The notes below the pieces were generated by a model. That model worked only from the letters and a program-made list of their open reading frames with translations, was not told where the DNA came from and searched no databases. Positions 9,600-20,252 of a stretch of 64,000 nucleotides of DNA are shown here, in pieces; within the stretch, counting starts at the first letter, position 1, and the number at the start of each line of letters is the position of its first letter. A program made the translations under genes and the position numbers. This DNA is from Bacilli bacterium (GTDB taxonomy: Bacteria; Bacillota_I; Bacilli_A; RFN20; CAG-826), in assembly GCA_045597865.1 (NCBI GenBank), contig JAZLKX010000028.1:44224-108223 (forward strand), written 5' to 3'.

Positions 9600-10610
9600 T
9601 TAACGTCTATCTGATGGTTTCTTGTCGTGAACAAATAATGCCATAACAGCTTTAGCTGTGTGGATTCTGTTCTCAGCTTCTTGATAGACAACTGATTGTG
9701 GTCCATCAATAACTTCATCAACAACTTCGTTAACACGGTCTGCTGGAAGTGCATGCATGTAACGGCAGGTTGGTTTTGCAAGAGCCATTTTGTCTGGTGT
9801 ACATTTCCATGCTTTTAAGGCAAGAAGTGCATCATCGACGACTGTGGTTGATTGGTTGGTGACCCATGAACCCCAGTTCTTTGGGAAGACAACATCAGCA
9901 TCTTTATAAGCTGCATCCATGTCGTGAGTAATAGTGAGAGATCCACCATTTTCAGCGGCATTTTTGCGGGCTTTTTCGATAACCCAGTCTGGTAAATCAT
10001 ATCCTTCTGGGTATGCTAATGTGACATCAATTCCGTATCTTGGGAAGAGTAAAACTTGTGAAACTGGAACTGAAATTGGTTTCTTGTGTGTTGTGGCCAT
10101 TGCCCAAATAACAGAGACCTTTAAGTTCTTAGTTTTGCCAAATTCATCTTCGATTGTCATTAAGTCTGCTAATGCTTGCATTGGGTGATATAAATCACAT
10201 TGTAAGTTAATGATAGGAACTGTTGACCATTTGGCCATTTCACGGATGTATTTGTTTCCGAGTCCCCAGTTACAATATCTACAAGCAATCATGTGACCGA
10301 ATGAAGAAAGAATAACTGCAGTATCTTTTGCTGATTCACCATGAGCAATTTGCATCATTGATGTATCAAGGAATGTGGCGTGGCCACCTAATTGTGCCAT
10401 ACCTGATTCAAATGAGTTTCTTGTACGTGTTGATTGTTCAAAGAACATCAAGAAACCTGTTTTGCCCTCTAAGAAAGGCATTGGTTCGTTAGCATAGAAA
10501 GCATCCTTCATTTCATGGGATACTTTGAGCATGTAGTCGATTTCTTCCTTAGTAAAATCTTCTAAGGTAATAAGATGACGACCTGCGAATCTTGGTTCGA
10601 TTTTTTCCAT
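9600..10610 (-). CDS. ornithine/aspartate carbamoyltransferase-family enzyme (YgeW-like role)
   Basis: STRT, HPMQ, HALP, QEAENR motifs; next to ygeY. Confidence 0.85.
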   Translation of the reverse strand: MEKIEPRFAGRHLITLEDFTKEEIDYMLKVSHEMKDAFYANEPMPFLEGKTGFLMFFEQSTRTRNSFESGMAQLGGHATFLDTSMMQIAHGESAKDTAVILSSFGHMIACRYCNWGLGNKYIREMAKWSTVPIINLQCDLYHPMQALADLMTIEDEFGKTKNLKVSVIWAMATTHKKPISVPVSQVLLFPRYGIDVTLAYPEGYDLPDWVIEKARKNAAENGGSLTITHDMDAAYKDADVVFPKNWGSWVTNQSTTVVDDALLALKAWKCTPDKMALAKPTCRYMHALPADRVNEVVDEVIDGPQSVVYQEAENRIHTAKAVMALFVHDKKPSDRR

Positions 10611-10621
10611 TTTCTATACTC

Positions 10622-11842
10622 CTATTTTTGTTTTGCTAAATTCTCGAGGTAAAGTCCTGGAATTGTAGCGTATAAAGCTGCACAAATGACAAGATCTTGT
10701 TTACGTGTCTTTTCATTTGGTGCGTGAGCTTCTTTTTCATCACCTGGGCCGAAGCCTAAGCAAGGAATTCCAAAACGTCCACAGATTGAGACGCCATTGG
10801 TTGAGAATGTCCACTTATCAATAACTGGAGCTTTTCCAAAGAGTCCTTCGTAACCTTGTTTTAAGGATTGAACGTAGATTGATTCCTCTGGAATAACCCA
10901 AGTTGGGAAGTAACATTCTTGTTTATAAACTAATCCAGTGTAGGCTGGACGTTCATAATCATACATTGTGACTTCTGCTTTAGCAGCTTTAACTGCTGGT
11001 AAGTTTTCGATTTCGGCAATTGATGTCTTATCGTTTTCACCAACTGTTAAACGTCTATCAAGTGAGATCCAGCAACCATCAGCAACTGCACAGCGGCTTG
11101 GTGATTTGTGGAAAATTTGGGAAATAGTAACAGTACCTTTTCCTAAGAATGGATCATAGGCAAGACCTGTTTCGTTAAGTTCCTTAACTTGATTAATAAT
11201 GTCTGCCATTTTGTAAATAGCATTATCGCCACGTTCTGGTGCAGAACCATGGCAGGAAATACCACGGACGTTGACTTTGATTTCCATACGTCCACGGTGA
11301 CCACGATAGATTTGGCAGCTTGTTGGTTCAGTTGAAACAACGAATTCTGGTTTAATCTTATCTTGTTCAATAATGTATTTCCAGCAAAGACCATCACAGT
11401 CTTCTTCTTGAACAGTACCTGTTACAAGAAGTGTGTAATCATCTTCAAGGCCTAAATCTTTAATGATTTTGCCTGCATAGACCATTGAAGCCATACCACC
11501 TTCTTGGTCTGAAGTTCCACGTCCACCAATGTAGACATCATCTTCAAAACCTTCATATGGATCGAACTTCCAGTTCTTAATTTCGCCAATACCGACTGTG
11601 TCGATATGTGCGTCCATAGCGATGAGGTGTTTACCATGGCCAATATAGCCCATTACGTTGCCCATTGGGTCGATTTCGACTTTGTCAAAACCAACTTTGA
11701 GCATTTCTTCTTTAATGCGGAGAACGACATCTTTTTCTTCACATGATTCTGATGGAATCTTAACCATGTCACGAAGGAATTTTGTCATATCAGCCTTATA
11801 TGATTCGGCTTTCTTGAGGATTTCTTCGAATGAAACTTTCAT
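10622..11842 (-). CDS. ygeY: YgeY-family M20 metallohydrolase
   Basis: [40 protein letters not shown]. Confidence 0.9.
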   Translation of the reverse strand: MKVSFEEILKKAESYKADMTKFLRDMVKIPSESCEEKDVVLRIKEEMLKVGFDKVEIDPMGNVMGYIGHGKHLIAMDAHIDTVGIGEIKNWKFDPYEGFEDDVYIGGRGTSDQEGGMASMVYAGKIIKDLGLEDDYTLLVTGTVQEEDCDGLCWKYIIEQDKIKPEFVVSTEPTSCQIYRGHRGRMEIKVNVRGISCHGSAPERGDNAIYKMADIINQVKELNETGLAYDPFLGKGTVTISQIFHKSPSRCAVADGCWISLDRRLTVGENDKTSIAEIENLPAVKAAKAEVTMYDYERPAYTGLVYKQECYFPTWVIPEESIYVQSLKQGYEGLFGKAPVIDKWTFSTNGVSICGRFGIPCLGFGPGDEKEAHAPNEKTRKQDLVICAALYATIPGLYLENLAKQK

Positions 11843-13212
11843 TATTTGATTTCCTTTCCACGCATTTCTTTAATCTTCTTATCGTATTCGAAGACTTTGT
11901 TATATTCTGCTTCCCAGAATTCTGGTTTTCTCATGGCATCAAGATATTCTTGTTTGTAGCCGAATTTTAACCAGTCTGATTCTTTTTGTTTGAAGAGTTT
12001 TTCTTTAGCTTCTGCTCCACGTGTATCTAAGATATAGGAACCATCAGCGCCCATAAAGACGTCGTTGAACCATCTCTCTAAAACGTGATCAGTAACTTCG
12101 AGTTCTCTATCATGGAGGTTCTTAATGACTGATGGGTATCTATCAAATGAGTCGGTTGCGATTGTAACGACGTTGTCGTTTGGACCGAGTTTGAGATATT
12201 TTGCCATCTTGATAGCTCCAAGAATATTACAAATACCGGAGACACCAAAGAGGTCTACCATTGAATCTGCAACTTTTGCTGGAACACCATGTGCTTTAAG
12301 GATTTCTTTACCTTCATGGATAACTGCTAAACCACGAACACAATCATCATCGATGATTTGGGTGATGAAGTCAGTTGTTAAGGCGTTGTGAATAAGAGTA
12401 ATCATCTTATCGCCAATACCTTCAATTCTGTGTTGTCCTAAACCACCATTGGTGAGTGTTGAACATTCATGTGGTTCAAGAGCTGCAATTTTACATTCTG
12501 GGAATGCAACTTTAATTTGGTCGCCTGCTGCTAAAGTACCGGCTGAGCCTGGTGCTGAACAGAAACATGCGATACGACCATTACCAATACCTTTAACAGC
12601 TTCGATACAGGAATTACCAGTAACGTGTCTGTGGAAACGATAGTTTGGTAAAAGCTCAAATTGAGCTAAAGTTCTATTCATTGGGTTCTTCTTAAGTTCG
12701 TATGTTCTTTCAAGTGTAAGAATAACGTCTGATTCTGAACCTGGTGTCAAATCAAGTTTTGCACCGTATTTTGAAATACGTTCATATCTTTCTTTTGACA
12801 TGTTGTCTGGCATAATGACGATTGCATCATATTTCATCAAGTTTGTGATGTAAGAAACGCCAATACCAAAGTTGCCTGTTGAAGGGCCGAGAATTGTGTG
12901 TTTTCCTGGGATAATTTCGCCATCAACACATCCTTCCATAAGTGTTGAATAAGCTGGACCAACTTTGTGTGATCCAGATGGAAAATACTTACCAAGTAAG
13001 ACAACGATATTTGCGTCTACACCTGTAAGTTCCTTAGGAAGTACAATTTTATTAACTTCGTCTTTATCATTCTTCCATGTGATATTGAAGAGGTTAATTG
13101 GGTCAAGTTCATTTGCCTTGATTGCTTTGAGAGCATCTGCTCTGACTTTAGGATCTTGATGTGATGGATTTAACATTTCATCATACGTAGGTCCAAATGG
13201 AATTTTTGACAT
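11842..13212 (-). CDS. PLP-dependent fold-type II enzyme (cysteine synthase-like)
   Basis: GSHKVG, STGNFG, GSAGT, HRIEGIG. Confidence 0.8.
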   Translation of the reverse strand: MSKIPFGPTYDEMLNPSHQDPKVRADALKAIKANELDPINLFNITWKNDKDEVNKIVLPKELTGVDANIVVLLGKYFPSGSHKVGPAYSTLMEGCVDGEIIPGKHTILGPSTGNFGIGVSYITNLMKYDAIVIMPDNMSKERYERISKYGAKLDLTPGSESDVILTLERTYELKKNPMNRTLAQFELLPNYRFHRHVTGNSCIEAVKGIGNGRIACFCSAPGSAGTLAAGDQIKVAFPECKIAALEPHECSTLTNGGLGQHRIEGIGDKMITLIHNALTTDFITQIIDDDCVRGLAVIHEGKEILKAHGVPAKVADSMVDLFGVSGICNILGAIKMAKYLKLGPNDNVVTIATDSFDRYPSVIKNLHDRELEVTDHVLERWFNDVFMGADGSYILDTRGAEAKEKLFKQKESDWLKFGYKQEYLDAMRKPEFWEAEYNKVFEYDKKIKEMRGKEIK

Positions 13213-13213
13213 T

Positions 13214-14458
13214 TTAAATTGCTCCTTTTTGTCTTAAATACTCATCCAATTTGTCCATGTTAGGTTCAAGTGGATCAGGCATGGATACCGCCTTTTGTCC
13301 GTTGACTGGGTCTTTTAGACCATTACCAGTCACGATAGTAGTAACTGTTTCATTAGGTTTGATGATGCCTAATTCAACAGCCTTTTTGATGCCTGCAATT
13401 GCGGCAACACCGGCAGGTTCACCGAAGATACCTTCGGTTCTTCCGAGTAAACCCATTGCTTTAATGATATCACTATCAGGCACTGAAACCCAAGCACCAT
13501 TACTGAATTTAATTGCATTAAGTGCTTTAATAGGGTTTCTTGGGATGCCAACTGCAATAGAGTCAGCAAGAGTGTTTTCATCTGCTTCTTTGAGTGGTTC
13601 ACCTGTTTCACTTGAAATAACAAATGGACAACATCCAGTAGATTGAACACCAAAAATTTTTGGAATTCGTTTGATTAAACCTAACTTATGGAATTCCATA
13701 AATCCTTTGTATACGCCACCAACTGTGCATCCGTCACCAACAGATACAGCTACCCAATCAGTAGGTTCCCAGTTAAGTTGTTCGGCAATTTCCATAGAAA
13801 CTGTCTTTTTACCTTCAACCATGAATGGGTTTATGGCAGCATTACGGTTGTACCAACCGTATTTATCGATAGCAGCTTTAGAAAGTTGGAATGCGGCTTT
13901 ATAGTCGCCGTCAACTTTCACTAAAGTAGCACCGTATAAACAAATTTGCGTGGCTTTGCCAATAGGTGCTCTTTTTGGGACGAAAATAACTGCTTTGAGT
14001 CCCATATGAGCTGCTTGACAAGCACAGCTTGATGCGGCGTTTCCTGTAGAAGAACAAGCAATAACTTTTGCTCCAGCTTCAACAGCCTTTAAGACTGCAA
14101 CACCAGAAGCTCTATCTTTGCTTGATCCACTTGGATTTAAGCCATCATCTTTTACGTATAGCTTTGCTACACCTAATTCTTTCTCTAAATTTCTTGCATG
14201 ATAGAGTGGAGTCCATCCGACTCTTAACATTTCATCGATGTGATCTTCTTTAATTCCCATGATAGGTGCATAACGCCACATTGAGTAATTACGGTTGTTA
14301 GAAAAGTATTCTTTGGTAAGTACTTTTTTAAGCTCATCGTAATCATAGATTACGTCAAGGATGCCTTTTTCGCCACAGTGAGGACAGGTTAAACCTACTT
14401 CACCTTCTTTAAATTCGGCACCACAGATCGTACAACGATAACCTTTAATATAACTCAT
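13214..14458 (-). CDS. threonine synthase-like PLP enzyme
   Basis: N-terminal CxxC...CxxC, NPSGSSKDR, SSTGNA, EGKKT, TGNGLKD. Confidence 0.85.
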   Translation of the reverse strand: MSYIKGYRCTICGAEFKEGEVGLTCPHCGEKGILDVIYDYDELKKVLTKEYFSNNRNYSMWRYAPIMGIKEDHIDEMLRVGWTPLYHARNLEKELGVAKLYVKDDGLNPSGSSKDRASGVAVLKAVEAGAKVIACSSTGNAASSCACQAAHMGLKAVIFVPKRAPIGKATQICLYGATLVKVDGDYKAAFQLSKAAIDKYGWYNRNAAINPFMVEGKKTVSMEIAEQLNWEPTDWVAVSVGDGCTVGGVYKGFMEFHKLGLIKRIPKIFGVQSTGCCPFVISSETGEPLKEADENTLADSIAVGIPRNPIKALNAIKFSNGAWVSVPDSDIIKAMGLLGRTEGIFGEPAGVAAIAGIKKAVELGIIKPNETVTTIVTGNGLKDPVNGQKAVSMPDPLEPNMDKLDEYLRQKGAI

Positions 14459-15309
14459 TATTTACCTCCTACAACTTTGTCGATAAATTCTGAAACGATG
14501 TTCATTGCAACTTTATGACGGTATTCAGCATTTGAACGTTGGTCATCAATTGGAGTAATGATTTTTCCATACTTCTCAATGAACTCATTTTTACGAGCTT
14601 TTAATTCAGAAACTGATAAGCCAATAATTTCTTTTTCGATGTCATGAGAACGGACTGCTTTAATTGAGACAGAACCGAAAGATAATGCAAATTTCTCGAC
14701 GATTTTCCCGCGAATTCCCCAATATCCTGCTACCATGACCTTAGAAATTGAATCGGCTTTTCTTGAGCCAACTTTCCACCACATATCACCTAAATAATCA
14801 AGTTTTGGGAAGATAAGTTCAGTGATTAATTCATCTGGATGACGATCAATTTTTCTAACGCCAAGAACAAAGTTTTCGACGTCAACAAGTCTTTCACCAT
14901 TTACTGACTCAAGTTTAACTTTTGCATCAAGTAAGAAATCAACAACAATTGTGTCACCTGCTGGAGATGCGTTTGCAAGGTTTCCAGCAAGTGTTGCAAA
15001 GTGTCTAATGTTTGCTGATGCAACTTGGCTAACTGCTTTCTTTAATAATGCAGGTGTAAGTTTTGAATTTAAGACTTCATCAAGAGTTGTGCCAGCTTTG
15101 ACATGAACTCCTGCTTCGTCTTCATAAATACCTTTTAATTCATCAATGTGTGATGTGTATAAAATGTCTTTATCAAACTTAGGTGCTAAACCTGCAGTGT
15201 TTTTCTTCATGACCATGAGGTCAGAACCGCCTGCTACTATGTAGCAATCGTGCTTAGAAAGGACTTCTAATGCTTCTTTTTTAGAAGTTGGAATGTATTT
15301 TTCTACCAT
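14458..15309 (-). CDS. xanthine dehydrogenase-family FAD subunit
   Basis: AGGSDL, ATLAGNLANASPAGD, PIDDQRS.A.YR. Confidence 0.9.
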   Translation of the reverse strand: MVEKYIPTSKKEALEVLSKHDCYIVAGGSDLMVMKKNTAGLAPKFDKDILYTSHIDELKGIYEDEAGVHVKAGTTLDEVLNSKLTPALLKKAVSQVASANIRHFATLAGNLANASPAGDTIVVDFLLDAKVKLESVNGERLVDVENFVLGVRKIDRHPDELITELIFPKLDYLGDMWWKVGSRKADSISKVMVAGYWGIRGKIVEKFALSFGSVSIKAVRSHDIEKEIIGLSVSELKARKNEFIEKYGKIITPIDDQRSNAEYRHKVAMNIVSEFIDKVVGGK

Positions 15310-15773
15310 AATCCTGCTCCTTTCTTAGCAGCTTTTAAGACTGCTTCAACGATTGCTTGATAACCTGTACATCTGCAAAGGTTACCAGACATTTCTTCTC
15401 TAACTTGTGCCTCGGTTGGATGAGGATTGTGTTTGAGAAGTGAGTAGGCTGCAATGATCATTCCTGGAGTACAGAAACCACATTGTGAGCCACCCATTTC
15501 AGCAAATGCTTGTTGTAAAACATCAAATGCTTTTGTTTCTTTTAAACCTTCAATTGTAACGAAGTCATGGCCAATTGCGTTTGCAACTGGAAGTAAGCAT
15601 GAGTTAACGGATTTGCCATCCATTAAAACAACACATGCTCCACATGAGCCTTCACCACATCCTTCTTTGGTGCCATTGAGGTGTAAAACGTCTCTAACAA
15701 CATCAAGGAATCTCATGGATGGATCGACATCAATTTCAACAGGTTTTCCATTCATATTAAAATTAATTTTCAT
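15303..15773 (-). CDS. xanthine dehydrogenase-family 2x[2Fe-2S] subunit
   Basis: GCGEGSCGAC, QCGFCTPG, GNLCRCTGY. Confidence 0.93.
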   Translation of the reverse strand: MKINFNMNGKPVEIDVDPSMRFLDVVRDVLHLNGTKEGCGEGSCGACVVLMDGKSVNSCLLPVANAIGHDFVTIEGLKETKAFDVLQQAFAEMGGSQCGFCTPGMIIAAYSLLKHNPHPTEAQVREEMSGNLCRCTGYQAIVEAVLKAAKKGAGLW

Positions 15774-17859
15774 GTTTCATAACCTCCATAAGATATTCAG
15801 GATTTGCAGGGATTTTTGAAATTTTTCGGCCAATTGCGTTCTCAATTGCGAGTGCAACAGCAGGTGCTCCACCAACCAATGTGAGCTCGCCCATTCCCTT
15901 TGCTCCGTTAGCGCCATAGATAAATGGATTATCGATGAATGCTGTTTCCATATGAGGAGCATCTTCAAATGTTGGAATGATGTAATCAGATAAGTTTCTG
16001 TTTCTCATTCTTCCATCAACACATTTCATTTCTTCTAAGTAGCCATAGCCAAGTCCTTGGAGTAATCCTCCATCAGCTTGACCTACAGCAATTCTTTCGT
16101 CTACAACTCGACCAACGTCATAAGTTGACCAAGTATTTAAGACCGATACTTGATATGTAACTGGATTGAATTCAACTTCAACTACGTTGACACCCCAAGA
16201 ATAACCTGGATAAGCATCACCTTGCATTGTATCTTCATCCCAATGGATGTAGCTTGGTCCAACGTAAGGTTCGACGTACTCTTGTCTTTCTCCGCTCTTC
16301 CAAATTTCTTTTAAGTGTTTTGCACACTTCTCAAATAAGAAGCCGACAATAATTATTGTACGTGATGCAGCTGTTGGTCCAGAGTCAGGAGTGTGGTCTG
16401 TATCAGGTGCTTCAAATGAAACTTGATCTTCTGGGAGACCTAAAGTATTTGAAACAATCTTCTTAAGTGTTGTGCGGTTACCTTGACCAAAATCAACTGG
16501 TGCGGCGTAACAATAAACATGGTCATGTTCATCTTTAACAAGTTTTACTTTGCCGTGAATGATGTCTGACTCACCTGAACCAGTAAATCCGCAACCATGG
16601 AGGAAGATGGACATACCAATGCCTTTATTACAACCTGGTTTTGAATAAGTTTTTAGCTTACGTTTGTAATCTGACATCTTCATAGCCTTTTCCATAAGTT
16701 CTTTTAGAATGATTGGATCATGGAAATGACCGTTATTTGCAGTTACATCACCTTGCTTTGCAAGATATTTAAATCTAAGTTCTAGAGGATCAACTCCAAG
16801 TTCTTTTGCAACGTGATGAATGAACATTTCCATTGCAAAGATTGTTTGAGGAGAACCGAAACCTCTAAATGCTGCAGTTGGAGTTGTGTTTGTCATATAG
16901 ACATCTCCAACAACATCTAAATTTTCAAATACATAAGCATTTGATGAAGCAATTAAAGCACGAGAAAGAACAACACCAGAGCATCCTTTGTATGCTCCGC
17001 CATTTAATCCGACTCTAATCTTTAATCCTAAAATATTGTTGTCTTTATCAACTAATGCTTCATATTCACTAAGTGAAGGATGGCGTTTTGTTGTGAAAGT
17101 AATGTCTTCAGCACGTTCAAAACACATCTTAACTGGTTTATGAAGTGCTAAAGCAGCAACTGCTACTTGTGAGCCAATCATTGATGGATAGTGTTCCTTA
17201 CCACCAAAGGCTCCACCGACTGCTGGTTGGATTACTCTAACTTCGTCATCTTTAAGTCCGCAGGATCTCATAACTGCACGCTTAATATAGAAAGGACATT
17301 GCATTGAACCTGTGAGTGTGAGTTTATCGTTCTCATCAAAGTAACAAATGATGCCTTGGTTCTCTAAGTAAGCTTGCTCTTGATAACCTGTTTCGTAAGT
17401 ATGTTTGATTACCTTAACTGCTTTAGCTTTTGCAGCCTCGTAATCGCCCTTCTTAAATGCCTTGTGAATGTAGCTTTCAGTTAACTCATAAACAGGGGTT
17501 TCTTCTTCATAATCAATTTTGATCTCGGAAGCCAATTTATCCAGGATTTCCTTGTCTTTTCCAACAAAAATACCTATGGATTCCCCAATAAAGTTAACTC
17601 TTCCAGCTGCAAAGACAGGCCAGTCTGAGAAGATAATATTAACGACGTTTTCGCCCTTAATATCATCAGCACAGAACCAGTGATATCCTTCTGGCATTTT
17701 AGGAAGTGTTATCTTCTTAATTTTTCCACGAGCCACTGTAGATCTAACAGTCTTCGCGAAAAGCACATCTGGGAAGCTAATATCATCTGTGAACTTAGCT
17801 TCACCACGAACCTTTTCAGGAAAGTCTACCTTTGCTGTGGAAGTTTTAAATTTATCCAT
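15763..17859 (-). CDS. xanthine dehydrogenase-family molybdopterin subunit
   Basis: GGAFGGK, AFRGFGSPQ, GQG, ASRT, KGMGE. Confidence 0.92.
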   Translation of the reverse strand: MDKFKTSTAKVDFPEKVRGEAKFTDDISFPDVLFAKTVRSTVARGKIKKITLPKMPEGYHWFCADDIKGENVVNIIFSDWPVFAAGRVNFIGESIGIFVGKDKEILDKLASEIKIDYEEETPVYELTESYIHKAFKKGDYEAAKAKAVKVIKHTYETGYQEQAYLENQGIICYFDENDKLTLTGSMQCPFYIKRAVMRSCGLKDDEVRVIQPAVGGAFGGKEHYPSMIGSQVAVAALALHKPVKMCFERAEDITFTTKRHPSLSEYEALVDKDNNILGLKIRVGLNGGAYKGCSGVVLSRALIASSNAYVFENLDVVGDVYMTNTTPTAAFRGFGSPQTIFAMEMFIHHVAKELGVDPLELRFKYLAKQGDVTANNGHFHDPIILKELMEKAMKMSDYKRKLKTYSKPGCNKGIGMSIFLHGCGFTGSGESDIIHGKVKLVKDEHDHVYCYAAPVDFGQGNRTTLKKIVSNTLGLPEDQVSFEAPDTDHTPDSGPTAASRTIIIVGFLFEKCAKHLKEIWKSGERQEYVEPYVGPSYIHWDEDTMQGDAYPGYSWGVNVVEVEFNPVTYQVSVLNTWSTYDVGRVVDERIAVGQADGGLLQGLGYGYLEEMKCVDGRMRNRNLSDYIIPTFEDAPHMETAFIDNPFIYGANGAKGMGELTLVGGAPAVALAIENAIGRKISKIPANPEYLMEVMKHEN

Positions 17860-18956
17860 TATTTAGCCCCCTTGTGATAAGTAAGTGCTTTGACTGGACA
17901 TTTGCTAACACAAAGACCGCATCTGAAACATTTCTCAGAATTGAACTTTGGAGTTCCGTCCATTTCTATTGCGAAATAAGGACAGATTCTGGCACATGTG
18001 CCACACTTGCTACACTTTGTAGCATCAACTGTTGGAGCTTCGCCCATTTCATAGCGAAGTTCTTGATGTAAACCTGTCTTTATAACATCTTCGACTGATT
18101 TGAATCCATACTTTTCAAGTGTTGCTGGGAGGTCAGCAATAATCTTGGCATAGAGTTCTTTTCCACGGAGCATAGCTGCAGACAACATTTGAACTGCACT
18201 TGCACCTGCGAGTAAGAATTCGATGACATCACTTGCAGAAGCAATACCACCAACACCAATAACGGTTAAGGATGGTTCTGCTTTCTTAATTGTATAGACT
18301 GTTGCTAAAGCAATATTCTTAATGTATGGTCCAGAGGTCCATGCAAATCCTTTAGCGTTTCCATAAATAATCTCTCTATTAGCAATATCAATTTTCATTG
18401 ATGGTCCTAATGAGTTAACTGCAACAACACCATTTGCGCCATTAACTTTAATTGTATGGGCAAATCCTTCTGGATCTGGCATATGAGCAGATATCTTCAT
18501 ATAGAATGGCTTTTTGGTAAGTCTTCTAATTGTTGCGACTGTTTCGCCTAATTGATTTAAGTCATTTCCGACGTAGTGAGTTGAAACTTCGAATGCATCT
18601 GCGAATTTATCGAGTAAAGGAATTAACACTTCCATATCTTCTTTGGTATAACCAACTGAAATAATAAGAGGCTTACCAATTGAGTTTTTCTTATAGAAAG
18701 GTAAAAATTCATTAATCCATTTTTCTTTGCTGTATTCTGTCCAGAGTTCACAGTTCATAATGTAATCACGATCGCCGTAAATACATGGGTGTGGAATGTG
18801 AGCATCTTTTGTTGAAATAGTTTTTGCAACAATTGCGCCACAACCTGCAACCTTCTCTAACCAGAGCATTTTTTCTGCATCGCCAACGACTGGTCCAGCA
18901 GCTGGCATAAGTGGATTTTCAAGTACTAATCCGTCAAACTTTGTAGATATGTCCAT
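17859..18956 (-). CDS. dihydroorotate/dihydropyrimidine dehydrogenase (PreA)-like flavoprotein with C-terminal 2x[4Fe-4S]
   Basis: NPLMPAAGP, KTIS, GVGGI, GASAVQ, two CxxCxxCxxxCP motifs. Confidence 0.82.
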   Translation of the reverse strand: MDISTKFDGLVLENPLMPAAGPVVGDAEKMLWLEKVAGCGAIVAKTISTKDAHIPHPCIYGDRDYIMNCELWTEYSKEKWINEFLPFYKKNSIGKPLIISVGYTKEDMEVLIPLLDKFADAFEVSTHYVGNDLNQLGETVATIRRLTKKPFYMKISAHMPDPEGFAHTIKVNGANGVVAVNSLGPSMKIDIANREIIYGNAKGFAWTSGPYIKNIALATVYTIKKAEPSLTVIGVGGIASASDVIEFLLAGASAVQMLSAAMLRGKELYAKIIADLPATLEKYGFKSVEDVIKTGLHQELRYEMGEAPTVDATKCSKCGTCARICPYFAIEMDGTPKFNSEKCFRCGLCVSKCPVKALTYHKGAK

Positions 18957-18958
18957 TG

Positions 18959-20251
18959 TTATTTTCCTCCTTTAACTTTGGCCCATAAATTATCAGCATA
19001 TTGTCTAGCCTCAATAACTTGATTTACTAAGGATTTGCTGGTGATTTTGTAGTTTTTCACGCGTTTTTTACCATAAGTGTAGACATCGCTTGGTTTGAAA
19101 TTTGGGAACAATCCAAACACGATGTGACCGAGTGCGTTGGTCTCGTCCATCTTGGTAAATGGAGTGTATTGAACTCTCATAAAGTCGGCTTCATAACCAG
19201 ACTTAAATTCACCAAGTTTTACACCTAATCTATCTCCAACATATTTGTAAGAGTTTCTAATCATCTTTTGGATGTCACCAACGCCTAATGCAGTTGGAGA
19301 GCCTGCTCTTACATGTCCAGAGAACAAAACGTTCATGTATTCACTTGCCATGTTGGAATTTAAACCATCATTTCCAACCATGACTGGAATATTGTGATCA
19401 ATGTAGTTTTTAACATAAGGTAAACCAACTGCATTGTTCATATTTGAGGTTGTGTTAACAACCATATAACATTTATTTTTGGCAATGATGTCGAGTTCTT
19501 CATCTTTAAGATGGACACCATGAACGATAAGTGAATTTGGAATTAAGATTCCTGCTTCATCAAATCTTTCAATAATTGATTTTCCATATTTAGCATAGCT
19601 ATCTTCTTCATCCATTTCAGATTCTGAAACGTGAACGTGAACTGGAACACCATTTTGAACTTTTGCGATACTCTTTAGAGTCTTATCTGAAATTGACATT
19701 GAAGCGTGCATTCCAAATAATCCTTCACCTGGATACTTTCTAGCAAAGCTAGAGTTCTCTTTTAAACAAGCTTTTACATCGTAACGGTCAGATGTTTCAA
19801 AGCAGAAGATTCCACGCATTTTAAGTGGTCCTACAAATGCTTTGCGGAGTTCTTTAAGTGAACCAAGAATTTCTCCTGAAGCGTGATGGTCAATTACTGA
19901 AGTAACACCATTAAGTAAGAATTCTTCACCTGCACAAATTGCAGAGTAGTAAGTTTCTTTGTTAACAAGTTTAGCATCTAGCTTCCACCACATTTGATCT
20001 AAGATATCTTGGAAATTCTTTGGATTGAATGGAAGAATTAAACCACGAGCAAAGATTGAATAAATGTGTGAGTGTGCGCAAACAAATGTTGGCATAAGTA
20101 AGTCGCCACCAAAATCTTCGACTTTGTCGTAGCCTTTGTTTTTAAAGTTTTTCATGTCACCTACTTCGACAATCTTGTCATCATAAACAAGGTAGCCGTT
20201 TTCGATGTAGGTTACATAGTCATAAATTCTTGCGTTAATAATAGCGTTCAT
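18959..20251 (-). CDS. ssnA: SsnA-like amidohydrolase
   Basis: CAHSHIYS..ARG, WWKLD, DHHAS, CFETSDR, HAS, SNMNNAVG. Confidence 0.82.
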   Translation of the reverse strand: MNAIINARIYDYVTYIENGYLVYDDKIVEVGDMKNFKNKGYDKVEDFGGDLLMPTFVCAHSHIYSIFARGLILPFNPKNFQDILDQMWWKLDAKLVNKETYYSAICAGEEFLLNGVTSVIDHHASGEILGSLKELRKAFVGPLKMRGIFCFETSDRYDVKACLKENSSFARKYPGEGLFGMHASMSISDKTLKSIAKVQNGVPVHVHVSESEMDEEDSYAKYGKSIIERFDEAGILIPNSLIVHGVHLKDEELDIIAKNKCYMVVNTTSNMNNAVGLPYVKNYIDHNIPVMVGNDGLNSNMASEYMNVLFSGHVRAGSPTALGVGDIQKMIRNSYKYVGDRLGVKLGEFKSGYEADFMRVQYTPFTKMDETNALGHIVFGLFPNFKPSDVYTYGKKRVKNYKITSKSLVNQVIEARQYADNLWAKVKGGK

Positions 20252-20252
20252 A

